Positions 10,006 to 19,291 of a DNA stretch of 64,000 bases are shown here, one piece after another. Where the stretch lies: the NCBI GenBank assembly GCA_029259745.1, contig JAJDEO010000069.1:129983-193982 (forward strand), in the 5' to 3' direction. Position 1 is the first letter of the stretch. Each line of letters opens with the position of its first letter. The DNA comes from Planctomycetota bacterium. Lineage in GTDB: Bacteria; Planctomycetota; B15-G4. The notes under the pieces were generated by a model. It was not told where the DNA came from and searched no databases. It saw nothing but the letters and a program-made list of their open reading frames with translations. A program made the position numbers and the translations under genes.

Positions 10006-10946
10006 CAGACTTCATCCGCGAAGCGGTGTTTGCAGCTACGGAAGTACGTGTAGCCGAGCACGAAGACGATCACCGACACGATCGACACAGTGACGAGCTT
10101 GCCGACCGGGAAGGTCATGTCGCCTTCGGGCCCGCCGTAGGTGACCATCGCGCGCCAGAGGTCGAGGATCGACGCCATGGGGTTGTACTCCATCGCCGTC
10201 ATGCCGAGCTCGACGCCGTCCAGCGAGGCCTGGGCCTCGGCGACGTCGGCCAGCGTCTTCTGACCGAGCGCCATGCGGTTCTGCACGTCGACGAGCTGGT
10301 CGGCCGCGGCCTGGCGAATCGCGCCGAGGTCGTAGAAGACGGGCGTCGTGAACATCCAGAAGGTCACCAGCACCGGCACGGCCTGGGCGATGTCGCGCAC
10401 GAACACGTTCGCCGCCGACAGGAACAACGTGATGCCGCAGATGAACATCGCCTGCACGATCAACACCACCGGCGCCCAGAGCAGCTCCGGCGGCAGGCTG
10501 CCGTTCACGTAGAGCTCGAGCGGGATCAGGATCGCGAAGCCGATCAGGAAGTAGACGTGGAAGACGATCACCTGCGCGACGACGAGCAGCTCGCTCGGGA
10601 AGGCGATCTTCTTGATCAGGTTCGCGTTCTCGAGAACGATCCCGGTGCCGCGCGACAGACACTCTGCGAGCGCCGTCCAGGGCAGGATGCCCGTGATCAG
10701 ATAGAACGTCGTGCGCCAGCCCTTGCCCGCCTCGTCGTGCGGCGCCAGCGTGTCCGTGAAGCCGATCTTGAGCAGCTTGCTGAAGATCAGGAAGTAGATC
10801 GCGAACAGGATCAACGGCTGGACGACAGGCCAGACCCGCCCGAACGCCGAGCCTTCGTAGCGCGCTTTGAGCTCACGCCAGACGAAGGCACCGACCAGCG
10901 CGCGGTGGCGCCAGATCACCATCGGCAGGGAGAATGCGGAACTCAT
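10005..10946 (-). CDS. ABC-2 type transporter permease, Wzm-like
   Basis: Six-TM ABC-2 permease layout. Immediately upstream of and coupled to the Wzt-like ATPase. Confidence 0.8.
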   Translation of the reverse strand: MSSAFSLPMVIWRHRALVGAFVWRELKARYEGSAFGRVWPVVQPLILFAIYFLIFSKLLKIGFTDTLAPHDEAGKGWRTTFYLITGILPWTALAECLSRGTGIVLENANLIKKIAFPSELLVVAQVIVFHVYFLIGFAILIPLELYVNGSLPPELLWAPVVLIVQAMFICGITLFLSAANVFVRDIAQAVPVLVTFWMFTTPVFYDLGAIRQAAADQLVDVQNRMALGQKTLADVAEAQASLDGVELGMTAMEYNPMASILDLWRAMVTYGGPEGDMTFPVGKLVTVSIVSVIVFVLGYTYFRSCKHRFADEV

Positions 10947-11034
10947 GCCGGGGAGCGGAGCCTTGCGGGAAGTGGTGACATCGGGTGCCCATGTCGAAGC
11001 GGGAGAGCATACCCCGCCATCGGCCAGGGATCAC

Positions 11035-11943
11035 TCACGACGCGAGTTCGCGGGCGAGCAACGCGGCGCCGATGATTCCCGCATCGCCGCCGAGGCGGGC
11101 GTGGTCGATCGCGATCGGTGTCAGATCCGGCGCGAGCGGATGGGGATCGGCGCGCCGCTGGGCCGCCTCGAAGAGTTCGGGACAGTTCTCGATCACCGAC
11201 CCACCGAGCACGATGCGCTCGGGATCGAAGAGGGCCGCGAGGGTGTGGACCATGCGCTCCATCCCGGCGATCGCGTCGTCGAGGATCGCCCGCGCGACGG
11301 GCTGGCCCGTGCGCGCCGCGGCGATCACGCCGGCCGTATCCACGTCGAGCCCCGCGTCACGCGCTCGGGCCGCCATCGCGTCACCGCCCATGAAAGCGCT
11401 GAAGCTACCCGGCGGACTCAGATTGGGACTCGTCTCCCCGTGGCGATAAACCACCTGCCCGCCCTCGCCGGCCATCCCGTGGAAGCCCTCGACGAGCTTG
11501 CCGTTGCAGACGAAGCCCGTCCCGATACCGGTGCCGATGAAGACGGCGAGGAGCTCGTCGCACTGCGCTGCCCGCGACTCCGACCAGGCCGCCGACGAGA
11601 CGTCGTTGACGAGGCGGATCGGGACATCAAGAGCGTCTCGCAAGGGCGCGACGAGGTCGACGTTCTCGACGAACATGCACGGCGAGCGGTGCAGCTTGCC
11701 GCGCCGACTGTCCGTGAAGCCCGCGATCGCGAGCCCGAGCGCCAGCGTCCCTCGCTGCGCTTCGTCGAGTCGTCGCAGGGCCTCGCTGCGGATCGCCTCG
11801 ACGAGCGCGTCGGGATCACCGCGCGGCGTCGGAACGGACTGCCGCCCGGCGACGGAGCCGTCGGACGCAACCCACGCCGAGCGCAGGTTCGTCGCCCCGA
11901 CATCGAAGGCGAGCACGGCAGTGGGGTCGGTCTTGGTGTCCAT
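11035..11943 (-). CDS. ROK-family sugar kinase (glucokinase / N-acetylglucosamine kinase-like)
   Basis: LAFDVGATNLRSA ... ROK/BadF-type ATPase motifs, FIGTGIGTGFVCNGKL. Confidence 0.8.
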   Translation of the reverse strand: MDTKTDPTAVLAFDVGATNLRSAWVASDGSVAGRQSVPTPRGDPDALVEAIRSEALRRLDEAQRGTLALGLAIAGFTDSRRGKLHRSPCMFVENVDLVAPLRDALDVPIRLVNDVSSAAWSESRAAQCDELLAVFIGTGIGTGFVCNGKLVEGFHGMAGEGGQVVYRHGETSPNLSPPGSFSAFMGGDAMAARARDAGLDVDTAGVIAAARTGQPVARAILDDAIAGMERMVHTLAALFDPERIVLGGSVIENCPELFEAAQRRADPHPLAPDLTPIAIDHARLGGDAGIIGAALLARELAS

Positions 11944-12054
11944 CTCAGTTCTCGATCGGCGGACGATGCCGATCCGCTTGACCCATCCCTCACCTCCGCC
12001 CCCGAAGGGCGGTCACGGTATCAGAATGAGCGTGTCGATCAGCTGCCGCGCCGA

Positions 12055-14277
12055 TCACCCGTCGCGCGGGGTCGCCCAGGGCCAGGAAGCTCCCCAGCAC
12101 GTGCGGCCCCAGCGCTGCTGAGCCTGGCGCAGCATGTCGAGCCGCAGGCGCAGCTCACCGTCCTCGGCCTCGGGCACGAGGTCGCGCAACTCGCCGGGAT
12201 CCGCGCTGAGATCGAAGAGGAGCTCGCGCCCGGTGCGCACGTCGCGGTAGTACGAGTAACCGTCGTAGCGGGCCTTCCCAAGCCACGGAACCGTCGAACC
12301 GAGCGAGGGGACGAGCACCGACGACACCACCGGCTGGCTGCCCGGAAGTGACGCGAAGGGCTCGGGCAGCCGCCCTTGGAAGGCGTTGCCGGCGCGCAGG
12401 TTCGCGAGGTAGCCGACGAGCTGCGTGATGTCGACGAGCTCCGACGGCGTGTCGACGACGATCGAGCCGGCGCGCACTCCGGGCCCGGCGACGATCGCCG
12501 GCACGCGGGTGACCTCGTCGAACAGCGAGCGGCCGTTGCCGCGTCCTCCGTGCTCGTAGAACTCCTGACCGCACGACCCCACGAACACGACGAGCGTGCG
12601 GTCGAGCGTCCCGCGGGCACGCATGTGGTCGAAGAGACGACCGAGCGCGAAGTCGACGCGCGCGACCTCGTTGGCGTACAGCGTCCCGACCTCGCCGACG
12701 AGCGCCTCGGCACCGCTCGGGCGACTGTCGACACGGCGCATGCGCTCGACGAGTTCGGGGTCGAGCTCGTTGGGCATCTCGTGACCGTCTTCGAGGACGA
12801 TCTGGTGCGGCGCCTCGGGGTCGTCGAACTGCAGCGTCAGGAACCACTCGAAGTCGCGCTGGTTCTCGAGCCAGTCGATCGCGCGGTCGACGATCGTCGA
12901 GGCCGGCAAGGACGCGGCGGCCGAGTGGACCTCGTAGCCGCGGTCGAGCCCGTGCACGCGCCCGGCCGACGGGCTCGAGCCGAAGAGCGCCGTGCTCATG
13001 CCGGCCCACTGCGCCGACTGCGCGAGCGTCACGGCGCGCTCGGAGAGGCGGATCCCGCGCACGACGCCGATGCCGTGCGAGAGCGGCGAGAGCCCCGTGA
13101 AGAGCGACGCGACCGACGGCAGCGACCAGCTCGACGGCGCATGCATGTCCGTGTAACGGATGCCACGCTCGGCGAGGGCGTCGATGTTGGGCGTGACGGC
13201 ATAGTCGTCGCCATAGACCCCGAGACGATCGGGACGCAGACCGTCGACGACGACGAGCAGCACGTTCGAGCCGAACTCGGGGTCGAAGCGCGTGCGTGGC
13301 TGGAGACGCTCGGTGGTGAGGGCGACGTCACGCAGGCCGACGAACAGGTTGTCGCCCCCTTCGCGCACGAACTGCAGCGACATCGAACCGCCCGCCTGCT
13401 CGGCGATGTCGAGCGACACCGAAATCTCGTTGTGCACGCCGCCGGGTTCGCCCAGTCCGTCGAGGTCGAGCGCCATCAACTCGCCCACCGACGGGTCGAT
13501 GATGCGGACCATGGCTGGCCGCGGGGTCGCGCCGGTGGACGCGGCGTGGATCGCGATCTCGGCCCGCGCGCCCTTCGGCACGACGTCGATGTCGATCTGC
13601 AACGGCCGGTCGCGCAGGAGTTCGACGCAGCCGGGTCCCGACTGCGAGAGGCTCGTCGCGATGGCGTTCGGCGGCGCGAGGCGACGCTCGGCCATGTGGT
13701 CGGACAGCAGATCGCGCTCGACGGCGCGCGCCTTGACGGGCACGTCCGTGCCGTCGACGCGACGCCCCTCCGATTCGAGTACGACGTCGGCGATGTAGAC
13801 GGCGCCAAGCTGGCGGCGCGCCCCACCGTCGAGACACTCGAACTCGACGTCGACCGTCTCGCCGACGTCGACGGGCAGGGGAACCCGTCGCACCGTCCAG
13901 GTGTTCTCGGTGGCCGCGTCTTCCCAGATCAGCTCGCGCTCGCCGTCGGCGCGCACGACCGTGATGGCAAGACGCGGCCGCCCTTCGAGGTAGGCCTCGT
14001 GGAAGCGCAGGACGGGGCGCTCGCCGGGCACGGTGAAGGCGAAGAGCGCCGGGCGCCGCAGGTCGATCCGCCAGCCCGAGCGGACCCCGGCGTTGAGCGG
14101 CACCGAGTGCAGGGCCTGCAGGCGCGCCGCGTTCTCGGGCACGAGCGGCAGGCGCACGTCGGTGACGAGGTCGGGCTTGTGCTGGTGTTCCCACCAGATC
14201 CAAGCTCCGGCGACGATCGCCAGCACGATGACGAGTCGCCCGAGTGCGGCCCAGGCGTCGCGCGAGGGTGGCTTCAC
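12055..14277 (-). CDS. membrane-anchored sulfatase-like hydrolase/transferase (alkaline phosphatase superfamily)
   Basis: N-terminal TM (LGRLVIVLAIVAGAWIWW), then ~300 aa of unknown domain. Sulfatase-type core NVLLVVVDGLRPDRLGVYG ... TPNIDALAERG ... SSWSLPSVASLFTG. It lacks the canonical CxPxR formylglycine motif, so it is more likely transferase-like. Confidence 0.7.
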   Translation of the reverse strand: MKPPSRDAWAALGRLVIVLAIVAGAWIWWEHQHKPDLVTDVRLPLVPENAARLQALHSVPLNAGVRSGWRIDLRRPALFAFTVPGERPVLRFHEAYLEGRPRLAITVVRADGERELIWEDAATENTWTVRRVPLPVDVGETVDVEFECLDGGARRQLGAVYIADVVLESEGRRVDGTDVPVKARAVERDLLSDHMAERRLAPPNAIATSLSQSGPGCVELLRDRPLQIDIDVVPKGARAEIAIHAASTGATPRPAMVRIIDPSVGELMALDLDGLGEPGGVHNEISVSLDIAEQAGGSMSLQFVREGGDNLFVGLRDVALTTERLQPRTRFDPEFGSNVLLVVVDGLRPDRLGVYGDDYAVTPNIDALAERGIRYTDMHAPSSWSLPSVASLFTGLSPLSHGIGVVRGIRLSERAVTLAQSAQWAGMSTALFGSSPSAGRVHGLDRGYEVHSAAASLPASTIVDRAIDWLENQRDFEWFLTLQFDDPEAPHQIVLEDGHEMPNELDPELVERMRRVDSRPSGAEALVGEVGTLYANEVARVDFALGRLFDHMRARGTLDRTLVVFVGSCGQEFYEHGGRGNGRSLFDEVTRVPAIVAGPGVRAGSIVVDTPSELVDITQLVGYLANLRAGNAFQGRLPEPFASLPGSQPVVSSVLVPSLGSTVPWLGKARYDGYSYYRDVRTGRELLFDLSADPGELRDLVPEAEDGELRLRLDMLRQAQQRWGRTCWGASWPWATPRDG

Positions 14278-14840
14278 GGCATGTCCGCGCCGGAGCCGAA
14301 CCGCTCCAAGCGGTCGTAGTAATCGTCGGACAGCTTGCGCCTCGTCGGACGCATGAGCGCCTGGAACTTCGTCATGAGGAACTCGGCGTCGGTGCGGTTG
14401 TCCGGGAAAGGCTCCCAGTCGTCACTGCGACGCACGTCGGTCGCCATGAGCCCGAGCTTGCGGATGACTTCCTCGCGCACGCGGACGCGCACGCTGTAAC
14501 CCGGCACGCCCTCCTTGCTCGGCGCGCTCTCGACCTCGGCGAGGACCTTGCGACGTGACGGCCCGCGCACCTCGCGCTGACTCGTGCCGTAGGTCCATTC
14601 GGTTTCGACGATGCCCGTTCCCGGGTCGACCTTCACGACGGCGTAGCCCTCGCCCTCCACCGTGGCGCCGATGACGGTCATGAGCGTGTTGTACTCGACG
14701 TCCTCGAAGCGACCGTGCGCCCAGAGCGGCGGCGGCTCGGTGTCCGGAAGGAGTCCGCAGGCCGAGGTGAGCGTGAGCACGACGGCGCAACAAAGCACCC
14801 GCGCGGCGCGGCGCCACTCAGCGCGTGCGCTTCTCGTCAC
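14274..14840 (-). CDS. hypothetical lipoprotein
   Basis: Real frame begins inside ORF 14274..15248. Candidate GTG at 14840 gives an R-rich n-region and lipobox LTSAC (MTRSARAEWRRAARVLCCAVVLTLTSAC). Overlaps the der 3' end by ~23 nt; high GC3 downstream. Confidence 0.5.
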   Translation of the reverse strand: MTRSARAEWRRAARVLCCAVVLTLTSACGLLPDTEPPPLWAHGRFEDVEYNTLMTVIGATVEGEGYAVVKVDPGTGIVETEWTYGTSQREVRGPSRRKVLAEVESAPSKEGVPGYSVRVRVREEVIRKLGLMATDVRRSDDWEPFPDNRTDAEFLMTKFQALMRPTRRKLSDDYYDRLERFGSGADMP

Positions 14841-16218
14841 CGCTACGCTTCTGGAACAGCATTCGGATCGGGACTTCATCGAAACCGAGCTCCTCTTGCA
14901 GCTGGTGTTGCAGGAATCGACGCCACGAGTCTTCGAACAAGCTGGGATCGTTGACGAAGATGACGAGCGTCGGCGGATAGGTGCCCACCTGTGAGCCGTA
15001 GTAGATCTTTCCGATACGGCCGCCCTGCGGGCGCGGTTTGACGCGTCGGTAGGCGCGGGCCAGCACGCGGTTGAGTTCGCCCGTGGACACACGCTTGCCG
15101 GCCGAGTCGTAGAGTTCGGCGGCCAACGCAAGGGTGGGCTCCATATTGAGCTTCTCGGTCGCGGCCATGAAGGCCAGCGGCGCATGTTCGAGACCAGCGA
15201 GTGTCTTGCGGACATACGTCTCGAAGGCTTCGGTCGACGTTTGGTCACGCGCGAGATCCCACTTGTTGATCACGACGATGCACGGCACGCAGAAAGACGT
15301 GATGATTCCGCCGATCTGTCGGTCGATTCGACCGACATCGCGCGTGGCGTCCAGCATCAGCAGGGCGACGTCGGCGCGACGCATGGCGCGCTCGGCGCGG
15401 CTCTGGCTGTAGAACTCCACCGAATCGGCGATCGTGCGCTTCTTGCGGATGCCGGCCGTGTCGATGGCGACGAAGCGTCGTCCGCGCAGCGTGAACGGTG
15501 AATCGACGGCGTCGCGGGTGGTGCCCGGGACGTCCGAGACGATCATGCGGTCGTCGCCGAGCAATGCATTCGTGAGCGTCGACTTGCCGACGTTCATGCG
15601 CCCGACGATCGCGAGGTGGATCGTGCCGCCCGGCGCGCTGGGCATCATCGGCACTTCGCCGGCCTCACCGATCTCCTCGAAGATCTTCTCGCGCAGATCG
15701 ACGATGCCGAGCACTTCCTTCGCCGAGACGCGGAAGGGTTCGCCGAAGCCGAGCGCGTAGCCCTCGGCGATGCCGGACTCGAAACGCGTCGACTCGCACT
15801 TGTTCGCGATCAGCATGATCTTGACGTCGAGCCGGCGCAGGCGACGCACGACGTCCTCGTCGAGCGGCGTGATGCCTTCGCGCGCGTCGTAGACGAAGAG
15901 CACGAGGTCGGCGAGGTTCAGCGCGAGGTCGATCTGGTTGTCGATCTCGGCCTTGAGCATCGCGTCGTCGACGAGACCGATGCCGCCCGTGTCGATGAAC
16001 TCGATCGAGCGGTTGTCCATGTCGTAGACGTAGCTGACGCGGTCGCGTGTCACGCCCGCCATCGGATCTTCGATGGCGACGCGCTGGCGAACGAGGGCGT
16101 TGAACAGCGTGCTCTTGCCGACGTTCGGGCGCCCGACGATGACCACGCGCGGAATGCCCCCGCCGCGGGCCGGAGCGGCGACGCTGTCGTCGGGAGAGGA
16201 GGGAGTGTCGGCGGACAT
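14818..16218 (-). CDS. der: ribosome biogenesis GTPase Der (EngA)
   Basis: Two tandem GTPase domains (GRPNVGKSTLFN and GRMNVGKSTLTN; DTGG / DTAG) plus a KH-like C-terminal domain. Confidence 0.9.
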   Translation of the reverse strand: MSADTPSSPDDSVAAPARGGGIPRVVIVGRPNVGKSTLFNALVRQRVAIEDPMAGVTRDRVSYVYDMDNRSIEFIDTGGIGLVDDAMLKAEIDNQIDLALNLADLVLFVYDAREGITPLDEDVVRRLRRLDVKIMLIANKCESTRFESGIAEGYALGFGEPFRVSAKEVLGIVDLREKIFEEIGEAGEVPMMPSAPGGTIHLAIVGRMNVGKSTLTNALLGDDRMIVSDVPGTTRDAVDSPFTLRGRRFVAIDTAGIRKKRTIADSVEFYSQSRAERAMRRADVALLMLDATRDVGRIDRQIGGIITSFCVPCIVVINKWDLARDQTSTEAFETYVRKTLAGLEHAPLAFMAATEKLNMEPTLALAAELYDSAGKRVSTGELNRVLARAYRRVKPRPQGGRIGKIYYGSQVGTYPPTLVIFVNDPSLFEDSWRRFLQHQLQEELGFDEVPIRMLFQKRSGDEKRTR

Positions 16219-16328
16219 GGGAGCTGCTGCGCTGGGGGAACAGACGAGGACGACCCAAGAAGGTATCGAACTGCCCCCCTACTGCGCGCCCCCACGTTTC
16301 ACCGGACTTTCGGGCGAAATGCAGCCCT

Positions 16329-16782
16329 TCAGTGCAAGTGCAGCACGAACTCTGCCTCGTCGATGAGTTCGCTGCCCACGATGCGCACCCGCATGACCCA
16401 CTCGCCCGGCATGTGGAGCAGCACGCCCGAGAGGACGAAGACGCCGTCGTCGCGCCGCGTCATCTCGGGCGTCGTGACGAGCCCGTGCCCGTGCTGGGGC
16501 ATCCGCAGCGTGGCAGCAACCTCGGCGTCGTCACCAACGACCGCGTCGCTCTCGAGTTCCCGCACGGTGAACTCCAGCTCGAAGCGTTCGTTGAACGGCG
16601 GCGGATCGGGTGACCGGCGCCCAGGCCACGCGGAAACCGCGCTTGCGCGATGTCACCTCCCGAGGTCCATCGAGCAGCCATGGTTCGGCTTCGAGCGTGG
16701 GTGGTGCGTCGCCTCCGCCTCCGCAGGAAGCGAGCACCCACGCCAGTGCGACGGCAGCACCCGAAAGCTGTCGGGTGATCAC
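16329..16782 (-). pseudogene. frameshifted lipoprotein gene (signal peptide/lipobox frame plus C-terminal frame)
   Basis: GTG at 16782 overlaps the upstream stop (caGTGAtc) and encodes MITRQLSGAAVALAWVLASCGGGGD..., with lipobox LASC. That frame loses GC3 near 16600-16615 at a ccgccgccg run. A second frame with GC3 above 85% (listed ORF 16329..16565, extendable upstream to ...PDPPPFNERFELEFTVRELESD) continues to the stop at 16329. The HGHG / HMPGEW motifs suggest a small beta-sandwich metal-binding-like protein. Confidence 0.4.
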
Positions 16783-17249
16783 TGCACCTCGAAGGCGAGG
16801 GCCCCGGACGTCAGCCAGCCACCTTGCCCGTCGGGCCACACCCACTGGGCGTAGGCGACGGCCCCTGCGAGGTCGCGCGCATCGGGGATCGGGAGTACGC
16901 GCTCGGCCCAACCGCGTCCGTTGGCCTGCGACGGGATCGCCAGGATCAAGGCGTCGACATCGACGTCGAGCGAGGCGCCACCGACGGACGAGGGCTCGAG
17001 GTTCGTCGAGACGAGGAGCCAACCGCTTGCCCACGGCGGCACGTGCAGGCAGTAGGAACCGAAGTATCGCGCTCCCACGCGGGGTTGGCTGAGCACGCCC
17101 TGAACGAGCAGACCGTCAGGAGCCACCTCGGGTTCACTGACACGCTGGACGCCGAAGGGGAGCGGCGTGAGACGTAAGGCGGCCGCCGGGTTGCCCCACA
17201 CCCCAGTACCCGGTGCTTCAGCGGCCGCGACACGCGCGTTCCGCTGCAA
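16779..17249 (-). CDS. small protein consisting essentially of the conserved C-terminal module found on the two FG-GAP proteins
   Basis: C-terminal ~100 aa (…SLDVDVDALILAIPSQANGRGWAERVLPIPDARDLAGAVAYAQWVWPDGQGGWLTSGALAFEVQ) aligns with the last ~95 aa of 3992..6454 and 56651..58312. GC3 is high in the distal two thirds. Start is uncertain: the first ~50 codons have weaker GC3 and no signal peptide. Confidence 0.5.
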   Translation of the reverse strand: MQRNARVAAAEAPGTGVWGNPAAALRLTPLPFGVQRVSEPEVAPDGLLVQGVLSQPRVGARYFGSYCLHVPPWASGWLLVSTNLEPSSVGGASLDVDVDALILAIPSQANGRGWAERVLPIPDARDLAGAVAYAQWVWPDGQGGWLTSGALAFEVQ

Positions 17250-17270
17250 GCACCTCCGAGCCCGTCACCC

Positions 17271-18038
17271 TCACCGCACCTTCAACATCTTGTGGACCTG
17301 CGGGATCACGCGGACGTCGAGACCGGCCGCGAGGAGCACGTCGACCATCGCCTCGAGCGCCTCGGTGCCGATCGCGGGCGAGCCGCCCATCGGCGTGACG
17401 GGCTGCAAGAACACGGGCGCGTCGGGGTGGTGCGTGGACACGAGCTGCGCCGCGCGTTCGATCTCGGCGCGCGGTGTCGTGCCGTCGACGACGAGTTTGA
17501 AGACGGGTGACGACGCGGCGAGCACGCCGTCGGCGAAGACGGCTTCGTGCAGGTCGAGCGCGTCGGCGCGGCCTGTCGACGAAGGCAGCTTGATGTCGCA
17601 CGACAGCCAGCGGCAATGCGGCGCGACGAGACGCAACGCCTCGGCGTCGAGCGCCGCCGTCTCGAGCATGACGTCGCGCGGCGCGAGCGCCGCCGCGAGA
17701 GCCGCCGCGAGAGCCGCGACGAACTCGGCCTGCTCGAGCGGCTCACCGCCCGTGATCGACACGCTCGTCGTCGGCGCGCCGGGCACCATCGGATCACTCG
17801 CCTCGACGAGCGCGAGCACATCGTCGACGGTCATCGGGTTGCTGACACGCTCACCGCGCGCGTTCGGCACGGCCACGTCGGCGATGTCCGCGAAGGCCCA
17901 CTCGGTGTCGCAGTAGCGGCAGCCGACGTGACACCCGGCCAAGCGCACGAACACCTGCCGCCGCCCCATCAGCAGCCCCTCGCCCTGGATCGACCGGAAC
18001 ACCTCCGCGAGGCGCCCCGTCACGGCGGCGGTCGTCAC
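17271..18038 (-). CDS. queE: 7-carboxy-7-deazaguanine synthase QueE (radical SAM)
   Basis: AEVFRSIQGEG...VFVRLAGCHVGCRYCDT is the radical SAM CxxxCxxC motif with QueE N-terminal signature. GTG start overlaps the aminotransferase stop (GTGA). Confidence 0.8.
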   Translation of the reverse strand: MTTAAVTGRLAEVFRSIQGEGLLMGRRQVFVRLAGCHVGCRYCDTEWAFADIADVAVPNARGERVSNPMTVDDVLALVEASDPMVPGAPTTSVSITGGEPLEQAEFVAALAAALAAALAPRDVMLETAALDAEALRLVAPHCRWLSCDIKLPSSTGRADALDLHEAVFADGVLAASSPVFKLVVDGTTPRAEIERAAQLVSTHHPDAPVFLQPVTPMGGSPAIGTEALEAMVDVLLAAGLDVRVIPQVHKMLKVR

Positions 18039-19174
18039 CCGGCCAGCTCGTCGGCGATGCCGCACAGCGCCTCGATGCCGCGGTCGAGCACGGAATCGTC
18101 GGCCGCGAAGGAGAGGCGCAGGTGCGTGTCGCGCGCGCTGAAGGTCTTGCCCGGGACGACGAGGAGACGGCGCTTGAGCGCCGCGTCCATGTAGACGTCG
18201 GACGAGACGCCGTGCGGCAGCTGCGGCCACATGTAGAACGACCCGCCGGGACTCGAACACTCGTAGTGGTCGGCGATGCCGTCGAGGATGCGATCGCGCT
18301 TGCCGCGGTACTCGCCGATCTCCTTCGACATGTCGGTGCCGAGCGCCGCGAGGGCCGCCTTCTGGAACGGCGCTGGAGCGCAGACGAACGTGAACTGCTG
18401 GAAGCGTCGCATGGCGTCGATGAGGTCGTCGGGCCCGAGCGCCCAACCGAGGCGCCAACCGGGGACGCCGTAGGTCTTCGAGAACCCGCCGAGCAGCAGC
18501 AGACGCTCGGAGTCGATGCGTCCGCCAGCCGAGACGTGCGGGCCGTCGTAAACGAACGCGTCGTAGATCTCGTCCGACACGACGAACAGGTCGTGACGCC
18601 GCGCGACGTTGTTGACGGCCGTCATCTCCTCGACCGTCAGCGTGCGCCCCGTGGGATTGCTCGGCGTGTTGACGAGCAGCACGCGTGTGCGATCCGTGAT
18701 CGACGCTTCGAGCAAGGCCTCGGTGAGCGGCGTGCCCGGGTAGTGATCGAACGTCTTCAACGTCGCCCCGCACATGCCCGCGAGCACGGCGTACATCGTG
18801 AAGTAGGGGTCGGGGATGAGGACTTCGTCACCCGGGTCGAGCAGCGCCATGAAGCCGAGCAGCAGCCCGCCCGAGACACCGCTCGTGATCAGACTCGCAT
18901 CCGCCTCGTAGCCGTAGAGGTCGTCCATGCGACGCATGACGGCGTCGTTGAGCTCGGGCAGACCCTGCGTGACCGTGTAGCGGTTGAAGCCGCTGCGGAT
19001 CGCGTCGCAGGCCACCTCGGCGATGGCGTCGGGCACGTCGAAGTGGGCCTGACCGATCGAGAGATTGATCGGGTCCTTGACCGACGCGACGAGTTCGAAG
19101 ATGCGTCGGATGCCGCTCTCCGGCATCCCGCGCGCCCGCTCCGAAAGCCGCGCCCTGATCGATTCGACACCCAA
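18035..19174 (-). CDS. pyridoxal-phosphate-dependent aminotransferase, class I/II
   Basis: SGIRRIF ... SFSKTYGVPGWRLGW is the class I aminotransferase fold with lysine motif. Chosen start is TTG 19174, preceded by GAGGAGGAG; the listed GTG 19234 lies in a rare-codon stretch. Confidence 0.8.
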   Translation of the reverse strand: MGVESIRARLSERARGMPESGIRRIFELVASVKDPINLSIGQAHFDVPDAIAEVACDAIRSGFNRYTVTQGLPELNDAVMRRMDDLYGYEADASLITSGVSGGLLLGFMALLDPGDEVLIPDPYFTMYAVLAGMCGATLKTFDHYPGTPLTEALLEASITDRTRVLLVNTPSNPTGRTLTVEEMTAVNNVARRHDLFVVSDEIYDAFVYDGPHVSAGGRIDSERLLLLGGFSKTYGVPGWRLGWALGPDDLIDAMRRFQQFTFVCAPAPFQKAALAALGTDMSKEIGEYRGKRDRILDGIADHYECSSPGGSFYMWPQLPHGVSSDVYMDAALKRRLLVVPGKTFSARDTHLRLSFAADDSVLDRGIEALCGIADELAG

Positions 19175-19291
19175 CCTCAGCTCCTCCTCAGACGACAACG
19201 AGGAGCCGCGGTCGAACGACCGGACTCCTCGCACTTCGTCTGCGTCATCCAGCTGATCAGCCGAGCGACGACAGACGCGGGACGGTGCGAC

